NCBI GenBank assembly: GCA_902538705.1 | Contig: CACBGD010000002.1 | Coordinates: 15,602-79,601 of the forward strand | From: an uncultured SAR86 cluster bacterium | Lineage (GTDB): Bacteria; Pseudomonadota; Gammaproteobacteria; Magnimaribacterales; D2472 | Length of the DNA stretch: 64,000 nucleotides | Reading direction: 5' to 3' | Shown: positions 21,601-29,351 of the stretch, piece after piece | How the letters are laid out: each line of letters begins with the position of its first letter | Numbering within the stretch: the stretch's first letter is position 1 | Notes under the pieces: model-generated | Seen by the model: only the letters and a program-made list of their open reading frames with translations | Database searches by the model: none | What the model was told of the DNA's origin: nothing | Program-made: the position numbers and the translations under genes

Positions 21601-21785
21601 GTTGCGTTAGATGTTGACCAAGTAATTGTTAAATCACCGGAAATATATATTTGAGGTGCAGAGATAGACATTGTAATTGATGCCGATGGAACAGATGGTG
21701 TTGAGGGTTCTCCTCCTCCACCTCCACCACCACAGCTAGAGATTACAAGTAAAGAAATTAAAAATATAGATAAACGAAGTTTCAT
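15627..21785 (-). CDS. Giant lipoprotein: Ig-like and cadherin-repeat stalk with C-terminal S8 subtilase
   Basis: Lipobox ISSC plus Gly linker; seven cadherin-like repeats; S8 triad VAVIDTG / SHGTHVA / QGTSMASPHVSG. Confidence 0.9.
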   Translation of the reverse strand: MKLRLSIFLISLLVISSCGGGGGGGEPSTPSVPSASITMSISAPQIYISGDLTITWSTSNATSCTASGDWTGAKSLSGEETLSFTVAGQKSFTLTCQNSAGSKTSRTVTSNVIGNAQGIVVGINGISGANVVLDLNSSYTIDDGEPTSSSDGSGVFELPDDPQDIISFDGGDDTSGVSFSNLSLSHKSSSNESRVISSLTSLDYVNNGDTDLNTLFNLDSSINIYSTNPISGLNESSALNKYYETNAQVFVLIYSLQAYVNELITSSLDSSTFFETFYANIQQSYDAGVSDLSEHIETSSFINNFTESILTSNGLDSSASDLKSILQSVIKKISVRNNSSATAAISNFATGAFITDVIALANGSIESSRLSAYASNLNALIASDQNVDEAILDQSISLEDDSIITNEDNIIQFPPLSNDVIDAGNDYYGLSVSVSEAQNGQVSIDASNIITYSPDENYFGQDTFSYSVNVDGTSATANVDVEVVSVNDPPVFKDFITASSIDENTLVVLSIVVEDVEDDPIGFSLTGTDSNKLSISSSGQITFNSNPDFEAPGDSDGDNQYDITVEASDGSDITTDNLSITILDVENEGNPIIEGLASQSILENEEILISFSVTDPQEDSISFSLSGIDSNLFNLSFDGLNAVITSSQKDYEQPEDSDSNNVYLFNVNFSDDLNTTSQEVEISITNVNDNDPVITSSDSFTVPENQQSVATISATDADNDVLSFSISGLDAAAFTIADTGALTLNENANFEVQNTYSLIVTVTDGLYSAASTLTVNISDVNESPLFGAIASEISVDENITISFGSITASDEDGDKLSYTLTGEDASALSINSEGGVSFADTPDFENPADSDEDNIYSFAVIASDGSLTATSPNILISVNNLNDNAPVFVDLVTSVEVTNGQTNVFDISTSDADGNDVNLGKIGTDAALFSVLDNSLSFISAPDFSNPLDNDGDNVYKISITAEDGSFTTTSEEISITVLEVNNPPVISGLESSYTLSENTEDIATFSVTDPENNSITVGVSGDDSTNFIVLDGVLKYSGGANFENPTDANSDNVYDLIIFADDGFNRTTQNVQLTITNVDEGPEFNLNEEISIEENIRLIAAISINDPENDTFTWSITGGDDSGIMSLANVSGGVGNLRFNSFTGVDYENPSDADTDNVYLVQLTATEDKANGLSTVLDLRITITDVKDTWSISGTLYSNPLTAIDGDVPDIIYYPPTPNNDIDSAQVILNPTDVIGHIGDNSIEVLNIGDDGFCLEDPDNPGFCDYIEIFNEDAIDWYKISGAPNLLLTLSIEGLIYEQGGSYYCCTTDGLNADLYIYDENGELADFAYTSNSTDTFRQIVLPESGTFYAVIRAITGHTKYVLTLGSNVTGVSSQRDIKDQYADSRFISYIPFGDDFDINTYVRPEFDLSLNDLNAKIIESNQILPKGLRVIEFDIDKEFNDIFGDNYLSESSNISQVRYLKHWKLLQHYRQKYPKLNLELDFKAKAHFTNDPYWPYQWGLSQIGLDSVLTTIGQDVKDVAVAVIDTGSPIITSTAWTTSAFADGGFDFVPFTNAGDGDGYDSDPTDSAAASDSHGTHVATTISALNDGLNINGFGIQTVPIRALGQDGTGFRSDIVQGMLYAAGLPNGSNTIYSGSVPIKVINMSLGSTGGSCGATYQNAINDVYNTGITIVSSSGNEAQEAPGFYGYPASCNNVISVGATNYLRGRAYYSTYNDQVDIAAPGGDLTADVNADGYSDGILAFSTNEDLNFYQGTSMASPHVSGAIAVLYALVPTLQPFQVEGLLVDGHLTDDVGDEGKDDEFGYGALNLQKAVNRIISDEGLDFTYATIDTTTYNMGLEVNNFDFNINKVGDGELSVVSIESAIPSAVTINSTSADSEGFGNYTVSLDRSSLPDGLYQSNVTVTFSNENSVVLSISFQVGPDREIIPVPTIYLTLRDSNGESPVYDYLEMPEGSLAFTANNIPPGDYYWVFSTIIDDFITDPGEFYNYYPDISNSDEYFNLGENDIENSAVTLRVNKSTAGFSLNNQLVFKRKPIKVEDYNKQKRRKTDN
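18220..20335 (-). repeat. Seven tandem ~100-aa cadherin-like repeats (protein-level, divergent at DNA level)
   Basis: Recurring (D/P/S/E)EN...DxExD...(P/A)(D/N)FExPxDxDxDNxY...(D/N)VN(D/E)xP Ca2+-binding signatures. Boundaries approximate. Confidence 0.85.
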
Positions 21786-21831
21786 CTTAAAGCTATTTTA
21801 AGTGAGTTTAATAGAAATAAAAAGGTGATAT

Positions 21832-22749
21832 CTAAAGTGTCTCATATAAAACCCAATCTATGAGTAATCTTTTGTTGTCTGAGCAGTTTGCAAGATCATC
21901 AAAACTACATAAATCATTATTTTCGACATAGTTTCCTACAAAGTTTCCCCCAACTGCAACATTTAAAATCAAGTAAAAAACTTCATTAAATGGATAGTTT
22001 TCGTCAAATCCTATTTGAGATTTGGTAATCTCAAAAACAGAAATATCATCGTTAAGAAAAAATTTAAGTGAATCTTCCTCCCAAATTAAAGAAATCGTAT
22101 GGAATTTCTCATTTAAATTATCATCTTGGGATAGATAATGAGATCCACCCAAGTATTTATGGTTTGATGGGTCACTTCCAAAATGAATGGTTGAGAGTAT
22201 TTCTTGCATATTGTTGCCTCTAATTTCAGCTAAATCTATTTCACCACTTGCAGGCCAACCTCCGTATATAGATTCGCTTGGCATCATCCAAATTGCAGGC
22301 CACATCCCTACACCCTCAGGTGATCTAAATTTAACAGTAATTTTACCTGGGTAAGTAAAATCAACTTTATTTTTAGTTTCCAATTTTCCTGAAGTGTAGT
22401 TGAATCCATTTGTGTATTCATTAAGAGGAGTTATTCGAAGACATCCATTTAGAATATAAATATTATTTACACTGTTTGTATAATATTGTCTTTCATTATT
22501 GCCCCAGCCTGGAATACCATATTCTGCTCCATTCCCAATAATTGAGGTCCAATTATTTGTATAGCTTGTCTCAATAAAATCATCCAACCAAATTACTTTA
22601 TCCAAGGGACCGTCATAATTTGTGCATTCTACGAGTTGATTACTAGATGAAGGTGGCTGATCAACTATTTGATTAATAATTGCTGAAGAGCCTCCGCTTC
22701 CACAACCAGCAATTATAAAGACACAAATTAGAAAATATAATCTAATCAA
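21832..22749 (-). CDS. GH16 beta-1,3-glucanase (laminarinase-type) lipoprotein
   Basis: GWGNNERQYY, GMWPAIWMMP, catalytic WPASGEIDLAE, FYLILNVAVGG; lipobox IAGC; TTG start. Confidence 0.88.
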   Translation of the reverse strand: MIRLYFLICVFIIAGCGSGGSSAIINQIVDQPPSSSNQLVECTNYDGPLDKVIWLDDFIETSYTNNWTSIIGNGAEYGIPGWGNNERQYYTNSVNNIYILNGCLRITPLNEYTNGFNYTSGKLETKNKVDFTYPGKITVKFRSPEGVGMWPAIWMMPSESIYGGWPASGEIDLAEIRGNNMQEILSTIHFGSDPSNHKYLGGSHYLSQDDNLNEKFHTISLIWEEDSLKFFLNDDISVFEITKSQIGFDENYPFNEVFYLILNVAVGGNFVGNYVENNDLCSFDDLANCSDNKRLLIDWVLYETL

Positions 22750-22754
22750 TTTTT

Positions 22755-24410
22755 CTAACTGTACTCATCAGAAAGCTCCTTCACCTCTTTCCTTAAAAAG
22801 AATAAAGCTATTAAATTAGGTATCGAAACCAATGCCACACTTACATATGCAATATTCCATACAATTGTTGTATCAATAACAGCAGCTAAAACAAAGCATA
22901 AAACATAAAAATTTCTGTACCAAAAAACCGCTTTTTCGCCAAAAATGTATGCTGTTGATCTATCTCCATAATAACACCAGGTTATCGCTGTAGAGAAAGC
23001 AAATAAAAGTAAGGAAATTGCTACTAATTTTCCTCCATATTCACCAAATGTGCCTTGAGAAAAAGCCTTTGCAGTTAGCTCAGCTGAACTTACCAAGGAT
23101 TTACCCTCAACTACAACGTTTTCAGTAATTTTTCCTTTGGAAATAGTTAATTCTCCTGAAAAAAGATTATTACCTTCTTTAATCACAATATCTTCGGCAA
23201 TTGATCTTGAGTGTAAGACCGTAACTTCTGTTTCTGTCAATCTACCATCTTCGATTTCTATAGTTCCTGAAAATTCATTTACATCTGAATCCAATGACTG
23301 AACATAGTATGTAAGTTGAGACATATGATCAGGATATTTATATGTTCCATCAATATTTTCTTCATCGCTATATGTACCCTCAAGAATTACCATATCCGTT
23401 TTAGAAAATGTAGTATCGAATTTTTCTGTCCAAACACCACTTGATAGAATCACCAAAGCAGTAACACTACAAACAACAATAGTATCTATGAAAGGTTCTA
23501 GTATCGAAACAATACCTTGATCTATTGATGTATTTTTTGATGAAGCATGAGCAATTGGTGATGAACCTTGACCTGCTTCATTTGAGTATAAACCTCTTGC
23601 TACTCCATATTTTAAACTCATTGCAAAACTTGCTCCCAAAAATCCACCCACCGCTGCTGATCCAGTAAATACTTGAGCAAATATTGCATTAAAGGAAGGA
23701 ATGATATTTTGGTAGTTTTCTAAAAGTATTACCAAAGCTCCACTAAAATATATTAACCCCATAATTGGAATTATTTTGCTTGCTACCGATGCAATTCTTT
23801 TAATACCGCCAATAATAATTACCCAAAGCAGAGCACCCAAGAATAAGCCAGTGAATATTTTTGGGACTGAAAATTCAGTACTCATCACCAGTGCAATATT
23901 ATTAATTTGAGGCATGTTCCCCGAGCCAATTGCAGTAATCATCATAAGAAAAGCAAAAAGTATTCCAGCCCATTTCATGTTTAGTGCATGCTCTATGTAA
24001 TACATTGGACCACCTGAGATGGACCCATCATCCAGTTTTGTTCTATATTTGTGCCCCATAGTCACCTCAACAAACTTGGTAGTCATTCCAAATATTGCTG
24101 TTATCCACATCCAGAAAATTGCTGCAGGACCACCTGTCCATATAGCTAATGCAACTCCTCCAATATTTCCTGTTCCTACCGCACCCGACATAGCTGTTGT
24201 GAGGGCCTCAAAACCAGAAGTCTCTCCTTCTGCATCATCTTTTTGATTCTTTCCAGAGACTAAATTCCAAGCTTTTCCAAAAAATTTAAATTGAGGAAAG
24301 CCAAGATAAACGGTAAAAAAAATACCAGTTCCAACTAGCAATATTGGGAACCACCATGAACCACTGAGATATCCATCAAGAGTTATTAAAAAATCATTAA
24401 ACTGAACCAT
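22755..24410 (-). CDS. Sodium:alanine/glycine symporter (AGCS family)
   Basis: VGTGNIGGVA, GGPAAIFWMW, GGPMYY, RGLYSNEAGQGS, PFIDTIVVC. Confidence 0.93.
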   Translation of the reverse strand: MVQFNDFLITLDGYLSGSWWFPILLVGTGIFFTVYLGFPQFKFFGKAWNLVSGKNQKDDAEGETSGFEALTTAMSGAVGTGNIGGVALAIWTGGPAAIFWMWITAIFGMTTKFVEVTMGHKYRTKLDDGSISGGPMYYIEHALNMKWAGILFAFLMMITAIGSGNMPQINNIALVMSTEFSVPKIFTGLFLGALLWVIIIGGIKRIASVASKIIPIMGLIYFSGALVILLENYQNIIPSFNAIFAQVFTGSAAVGGFLGASFAMSLKYGVARGLYSNEAGQGSSPIAHASSKNTSIDQGIVSILEPFIDTIVVCSVTALVILSSGVWTEKFDTTFSKTDMVILEGTYSDEENIDGTYKYPDHMSQLTYYVQSLDSDVNEFSGTIEIEDGRLTETEVTVLHSRSIAEDIVIKEGNNLFSGELTISKGKITENVVVEGKSLVSSAELTAKAFSQGTFGEYGGKLVAISLLLFAFSTAITWCYYGDRSTAYIFGEKAVFWYRNFYVLCFVLAAVIDTTIVWNIAYVSVALVSIPNLIALFFLRKEVKELSDEYS

Positions 24411-24412
24411 AT

Positions 24413-24637
24413 CTATTCCTCAAAAAATTTGACCAAATCTGTGTAACCGCCAATAAGCTTATCATTAATAAAAATTTGTGGCATTGTTCTAGCATATTTA
24501 TTCTTTTCAAGCAGAATATCTATGTTGTTATCGTCTTCTATGTTAATTGATTCATACTCATAACCCTTTTGCTCAATCAAAACTTTAGCTCGATCACAAT
24601 ATGAACATCTATATTTAGTAAAAATTAAAAATTTCAT
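24413..24637 (-). CDS. Dithiol glutaredoxin
   Basis: CSYC active site; TMPQIFI..LIGGYTDL. Confidence 0.9.
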   Translation of the reverse strand: MKFLIFTKYRCSYCDRAKVLIEQKGYEYESINIEDDNNIDILLEKNKYARTMPQIFINDKLIGGYTDLVKFFEE

Positions 24638-24640
24638 AAT

Positions 24641-25552
24641 CTAACAGGGTATTTTTAAGAGTAAATGGTGAAGTGAATATCTTTGGTTTAAAGAATTTAT
24701 TTCAAATAAGTTCTCCCTAAAGTTTGATAGTTCGTCTATAAAATCAGAAAGCCTTACAGGATGAGTATTTGAAGCACCTTTCTTTGATACTGATAAAGCA
24801 AAATCTATTATGTAATTTAGTTTTTCATTAAAATCTATATTTAGATCAATAACATCGCTTATCACTTTTCCATCGATTCCTTTGTTAAATAAAGTATATA
24901 AATGATTGTTTAATATTTTTAAGTCTTCAAATAAGCCATCATCAATGAGTTGCGAAACTTGTTTTGGAGTCATGTAACTTGGTATTACAGATAAATCATT
25001 TTTATTTTGAAAAATGTCCTCTGCCCAGTTATAAAGTTCATCTTGTGAAAGATTATTAAAATGTATTAATTGACATCTGCTATAGATTGTTTGATTTAGG
25101 CACTTAAATCTATTTGATTGAATAATTATGTAGGTATTTTTAGGTGGTTCTTCTAAAGTTTTTAAAAGAGCATTTTGAGAACTTATTGTTAGATTTTCAG
25201 CCCCATCAATAAAAAGAATCTTATTTTTGCTTAAACCAGACTTTAACATTATAAAGTCAATAGCTTCCCTAATAAAACCTACTGGGATTTTTTTTGTTTT
25301 ATTTTTAAGTTTATCCTTATCCACTCTTTGAAAATATGAAATTAGTGTTTCATTGTTTATGCAAAATAAATCTGGATGTGAATTATTTTTAATAAGGTTT
25401 TGACTATTTTTCTCTTTTAACAAACTATTAATTAAATATTGGCATATTTGATTTTTACCGACTCCCTCCTGACCCTCGACAATTAATGCATGTGATAGTT
25501 TATTCAAATTGATTGAAGAGATTTTTTTATCAATCCAAGGAAAATTTTTCAT
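24641..25552 (-). CDS. holB: DNA polymerase III delta' subunit
   Basis: HALIVEGQEGVGK, HPD, NALLKTLEEPP, TIYSRC; follows tmk. Confidence 0.88.
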   Translation of the reverse strand: MKNFPWIDKKISSINLNKLSHALIVEGQEGVGKNQICQYLINSLLKEKNSQNLIKNNSHPDLFCINNETLISYFQRVDKDKLKNKTKKIPVGFIREAIDFIMLKSGLSKNKILFIDGAENLTISSQNALLKTLEEPPKNTYIIIQSNRFKCLNQTIYSRCQLIHFNNLSQDELYNWAEDIFQNKNDLSVIPSYMTPKQVSQLIDDGLFEDLKILNNHLYTLFNKGIDGKVISDVIDLNIDFNEKLNYIIDFALSVSKKGASNTHPVRLSDFIDELSNFRENLFEINSLNQRYSLHHLLLKIPC

Positions 25553-25553
25553 C

Positions 25554-26144
25554 TTATAAGCTTTCTACTAGATTGATAACTTCCAAACTAATTGTATTTG
25601 CTTCTTTTTCCGCATCTATGCACTTTATCCTAGGATATTGATTTGCTAATTCTAAATACCCATTCCTTACATCATTAAAGAACTTTAAGCCAGATGACTC
25701 AATTCTATCCATAGAGTCTCCTGATTTTCTTTCAAATCCTTTTACTGGATCAATATCTAAGAGAATTGTTAAGTCAGGATCAGGGGCATTAATAAAAGTT
25801 TTTAAAGAGTTGATAAAATCTTTATCAAGATTCCTTCCATATCCCTGATAAGCCATTGATGCATCAAAATATCTATCTAATAAAATAAAATCAAATTGAT
25901 TTGATAGGATCTCATTAGCAACCAACTCCGATCTACTTGCATACATTAACAGCAGCTCAGTTTGGCTTGTTAAAGTTATATTGGCGTCTAATAAAATATT
26001 TCTAATTTTCTCACTCGGAATAGTAGATCCTGGCTCACGAAACTTTTTGACAGTTTTTCCAGCATTCAATAAATAATCATGAAGTAAATCTATTTGTGTA
26101 GATTTACCTACTCCCTCAATACCTTCAAAGCTAATAATTTTCAT
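25554..26144 (-). CDS. tmk: Thymidylate kinase
   Basis: FEGIEGVGKST P-loop, REPG, DRY..S..AYQG. Confidence 0.96.
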   Translation of the reverse strand: MKIISFEGIEGVGKSTQIDLLHDYLLNAGKTVKKFREPGSTIPSEKIRNILLDANITLTSQTELLLMYASRSELVANEILSNQFDFILLDRYFDASMAYQGYGRNLDKDFINSLKTFINAPDPDLTILLDIDPVKGFERKSGDSMDRIESSGLKFFNDVRNGYLELANQYPRIKCIDAEKEANTISLEVINLVESL

Positions 26145-27100
26145 TTTTTTTGATAAAGATTTACATATTCTAAATGCTCATTGTAAGTTTTGCTAAAAAT
26201 ATGTTTACCTTCTCCATCTGCTACAAAAAATAAATATGCATTTGGAGAATTCATTATTGCCGCGTCAAGTGAAGATTTTGTTGGCATTGAGATGGGTGTT
26301 GGCGGAAGGCTTTTAATTACATAGGTATTGTATAAATTACTCTTATCCCTTAAGTCCTTTTTTGTAATATCTCCATTAAAATCCGGCATTAATCCATAAA
26401 TTATTGTTGGATCAGCTTGAAGTTTCATTTTTATTTTAAGTCTATTTAAAAACACACCTCCAATTTTCATTTTTTCTTCAAAGCTTGATGATTCTTTTTC
26501 GATTATAGAAGCAAGGATGATTCCTTCGTATTTAGACTTTAGAGGATTATCTATTGGCTTATCTTTCCAAATCATGTCTACATAACTTATTAGTTCAGAT
26601 GATGATTTATTAAGTAGTAAAGACAAATTTGTGTTCTTTTTATAAAAATATGTATCGGGTAAAAGAAGGCCTTCAATTGAATCATTTATTAAATTAATAC
26701 ATGAAAAATCCTCACAATCATTATTAAGTTTTAAGGTATTTATATATGAACTTAGATCAAACTTGTTCATCCCATCACTTATAACAAATTTATAAGTAAT
26801 GGTTTCACCTAACTTCATTTTAGTAAGAACTTTAAAGAGACTATCATCTATTAAATACTCTCCTGCTTGGATAGTCCTAAAATCAAATAAGTAGATGCCA
26901 AGTAAAAATAAGGATTTTTCAAAGAAATTATTAGATTCATATATTCCGTTGTACAAATCTAATATTGAGGAGTTGGGTTTTACTTCGTATGTGAATGATT
27001 CAATCGTAATTTTATTATTGTAAAAGCTTTTTAATGATCCATAGAGAGTAAATGATGCTAATAGAAAAAAAGCGATTAGTCTTGGTAGAGATTTTATCAA
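26141..27100 (-). CDS. mltG: Endolytic murein transglycosylase
   Basis: EGLLLPDTY, LASIIEKE, MKLQADPT, YNTY..LPPTPI. Confidence 0.93.
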   Translation of the reverse strand: MIKSLPRLIAFFLLASFTLYGSLKSFYNNKITIESFTYEVKPNSSILDLYNGIYESNNFFEKSLFLLGIYLFDFRTIQAGEYLIDDSLFKVLTKMKLGETITYKFVISDGMNKFDLSSYINTLKLNNDCEDFSCINLINDSIEGLLLPDTYFYKKNTNLSLLLNKSSSELISYVDMIWKDKPIDNPLKSKYEGIILASIIEKESSSFEEKMKIGGVFLNRLKIKMKLQADPTIIYGLMPDFNGDITKKDLRDKSNLYNTYVIKSLPPTPISMPTKSSLDAAIMNSPNAYLFFVADGEGKHIFSKTYNEHLEYVNLYQKK

Positions 27101-28327
27101 TTAGACAGACTTAAAAATAAGAGTTGAGTTAGTTCCACCGAAACCAAATGAATTATTTAATGAAACATCTATTTTCATGTTCCTAGCTTCTTTAGGAATG
27201 AAATCTAAATCACAACCTTCATCAGGATTATTTAAATTAATTGTTGGTGGAGAAATATTATTAACAATAGATAAGATTGAAAATATTGATTCTACTGCTC
27301 CAGCCGCACCCAAAGTGTGACCTGTCATAGATTTAGTTGAGCTAATTGGTGGAGGTGAATCGAAAATAGATTTAATCGCATTACATTCTGCAAGATCGCC
27401 CAAAGGTGTTGATGTTGCATGAGCATTTATATAATCAATATCATTTGTTGAAATGCTTGCATCTGATATTGCACGAGAAATTGATAAAGAAGCACCAGTT
27501 CCGTCTTCTGATGGTGCAGTCATATGATATGCATCAGAACTCATGCCAAAACCAATAACTTCTGCATATATATTCGCTGATCGATTTTTGGCATGCTCAT
27601 ATTCTTCTAATACTAGAATTGCTGCTCCATCTGACAATACAAAACCATCACGATCTTTGTCCCATGGTCTACTTGCTGTCTTTGGATCATCAGATTTACT
27701 TAAAGCTCTTGATGCAAGAAAACCTGAAACCCCTAATGGTGTAGTTGCCATTTCAGAGCCTCCTGTTACCATAACATCTGCATCTCCATAGGCTATCAAT
27801 CTTGCGCTAGTTCCAATAGCATGATTACTTGATGCGCACGCGGTCACAATAGATAAATTTGGGCCTGTATATCCTTTGATAATACTTAAGTATCCAGGTG
27901 TCATATTTATTATTGATCCAGGAACAAAAAATGGAGATACTCTCTTGAATGACTTTTTGTTAAGAATATCTTTGTTTTTCTCTATGCTATCCAAGCCTCC
28001 GATACCTGACCCTATATTTAAACCAACTCTATCTTTATCCACATTATTATTATCCAAACCAGCATCTTCTATTGCCTGAATACCAGCAGATACTCCATAT
28101 TGAACAAATGTATCTAAACGTCTTACATCTTTGGAGTCTATATACTGAGTTGGATCAAAATCATGAATTCTTCCACCAACCTTAACTGGCATATCTTCAA
28201 GATCAACTTCATTTTTAGAGATGCCTGAACAACCTTTTATGCAGTTAGACCATGATTCATTAACAGAGTTACCAAGGGGAGAAATTAAACCCATTCCAGT
28301 AACTACAACTCTTCGAGGAAGTTGCAT
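27101..28327 (-). CDS. fabF: 3-oxoacyl-ACP synthase II
   Basis: RRVVVTGMG, TACASS, NAHATSTPLGD, STKSMTGH, NSFGFGGTN. Confidence 0.96.
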   Translation of the reverse strand: MQLPRRVVVTGMGLISPLGNSVNESWSNCIKGCSGISKNEVDLEDMPVKVGGRIHDFDPTQYIDSKDVRRLDTFVQYGVSAGIQAIEDAGLDNNNVDKDRVGLNIGSGIGGLDSIEKNKDILNKKSFKRVSPFFVPGSIINMTPGYLSIIKGYTGPNLSIVTACASSNHAIGTSARLIAYGDADVMVTGGSEMATTPLGVSGFLASRALSKSDDPKTASRPWDKDRDGFVLSDGAAILVLEEYEHAKNRSANIYAEVIGFGMSSDAYHMTAPSEDGTGASLSISRAISDASISTNDIDYINAHATSTPLGDLAECNAIKSIFDSPPPISSTKSMTGHTLGAAGAVESIFSILSIVNNISPPTINLNNPDEGCDLDFIPKEARNMKIDVSLNNSFGFGGTNSTLIFKSV

Positions 28328-28335
28328 TTAAGATA

Positions 28336-28575
28336 TTATGAGTTTTCGACTATGTAATCTACAGCTTCTTGAACTGTTGAAATTTTTTCAGCATCTTCAT
28401 CAGCAATTTCAAGATCGAATTCTTCTTCCAAAGCCATCACTAGCTCTACAGTATCAAGAGAGTCAGCACCTAGATCATCGACAAACGATGAATCAGTTTT
28501 TACTTCTGACTCAGCAACACCGAGTTGTTCGCAAACAATTCCAGTAACAGTTTTTTCAATTTCACTTCTTTCCAT
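28336..28575 (-). CDS. acpP: Acyl carrier protein
   Basis: [20 protein letters not shown]. Confidence 0.98.
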   Translation of the reverse strand: MERSEIEKTVTGIVCEQLGVAESEVKTDSSFVDDLGADSLDTVELVMALEEEFDLEIADEDAEKISTVQEAVDYIVENS

Positions 28576-28602
28576 AATAGTACCTCAATTGAAAGTTTGG
28601 AT

Positions 28603-28631
28603 ATTTTAACGTGCAAGTTAAAAAATACCAA
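28603..28631 (-). promoter_or_regulatory. Candidate sigma70 promoter of acpP
   Basis: Minus strand TTGGTA-17 nt-TAAAAT in the fabG-acpP gap; GAGG SD before the ATG. Confidence 0.5.
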
Positions 28632-29351
28632 CTAATACATAAATAAACCTCCATCAACAGAAATGGTTTGGCCAGTTATGTAATTAGCTTCATCAGAAGC
28701 AAGAAACAAAATGCATTTTGCTACATCTTCGACAGTACCAAATCTTTTCATTGGAATATTCTTGCTTACCTCAATTTTTTCATCATCATTCAAGAAGGTT
28801 GTCATATCAGTTTCTATAAAGCCAGGCGCAATAACATTTGATGTAATATTTCTTGATCCAAGCTCTTTAGCTAAAGATCTTGAGAAACCAACCATTGCTG
28901 ACTTTGATGAAGAGTAATTTACTTGGCCAGAGTTACCCATAAGGCCAGCAACTGATGAAATATTGATAACTCTTCCAAATTTATTTTTTACCATGGGTTT
29001 AATAAATGCTTTAGTTACTCTGAATAAGCCATTTAAATTTGTCTCTATAACATCATCCCAATCTTCATCTTTCATTCTCAAAAACAATTGATCTTTGGTA
29101 ATACCTGCATTATTAACGAGCACTGCTGGGAGAAGATCTTTAGACTTAAGGTCTGCAAACAAGTTTTTTATGCTTTCTTTTGACATTAGATCTAACTCAA
29201 CAGAGATAGCGCTATCGTCTCCTATAAGTTCACCTAAATTAAAATTACTTCGTGATGTACCAATTACTTGATATCCGTCTTTAGAGAAATGTTTAGCAGC
29301 TTCTAAACCAATTCCTCGTGAAGCACCCGTAACTAAAACAATTCTACTCAT
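28632..29351 (-). CDS. fabG: 3-oxoacyl-ACP reductase
   Basis: TGASRGIG, NNAGIT, YSSSK, APGFIETDMT. Confidence 0.96.
   Translation of the reverse strand: MSRIVLVTGASRGIGLEAAKHFSKDGYQVIGTSRSNFNLGELIGDDSAISVELDLMSKESIKNLFADLKSKDLLPAVLVNNAGITKDQLFLRMKDEDWDDVIETNLNGLFRVTKAFIKPMVKNKFGRVINISSVAGLMGNSGQVNYSSSKSAMVGFSRSLAKELGSRNITSNVIAPGFIETDMTTFLNDDEKIEVSKNIPMKRFGTVEDVAKCILFLASDEANYITGQTISVDGGLFMY

Noticed and set aside
21709-21732. (CCT/CCA)n microsatellite-like run
   Set aside because: It encodes the poly-Gly linker after the lipobox with mixed codons; it is a triplet repeat, so not a phase-variation frameshift tract.
28604-28623. TTTTAAC/GTTAAAA inverted repeat as a terminator after fabG
   Set aside because: The stem is weak and AT-rich and overlaps a better-fitting acpP promoter.
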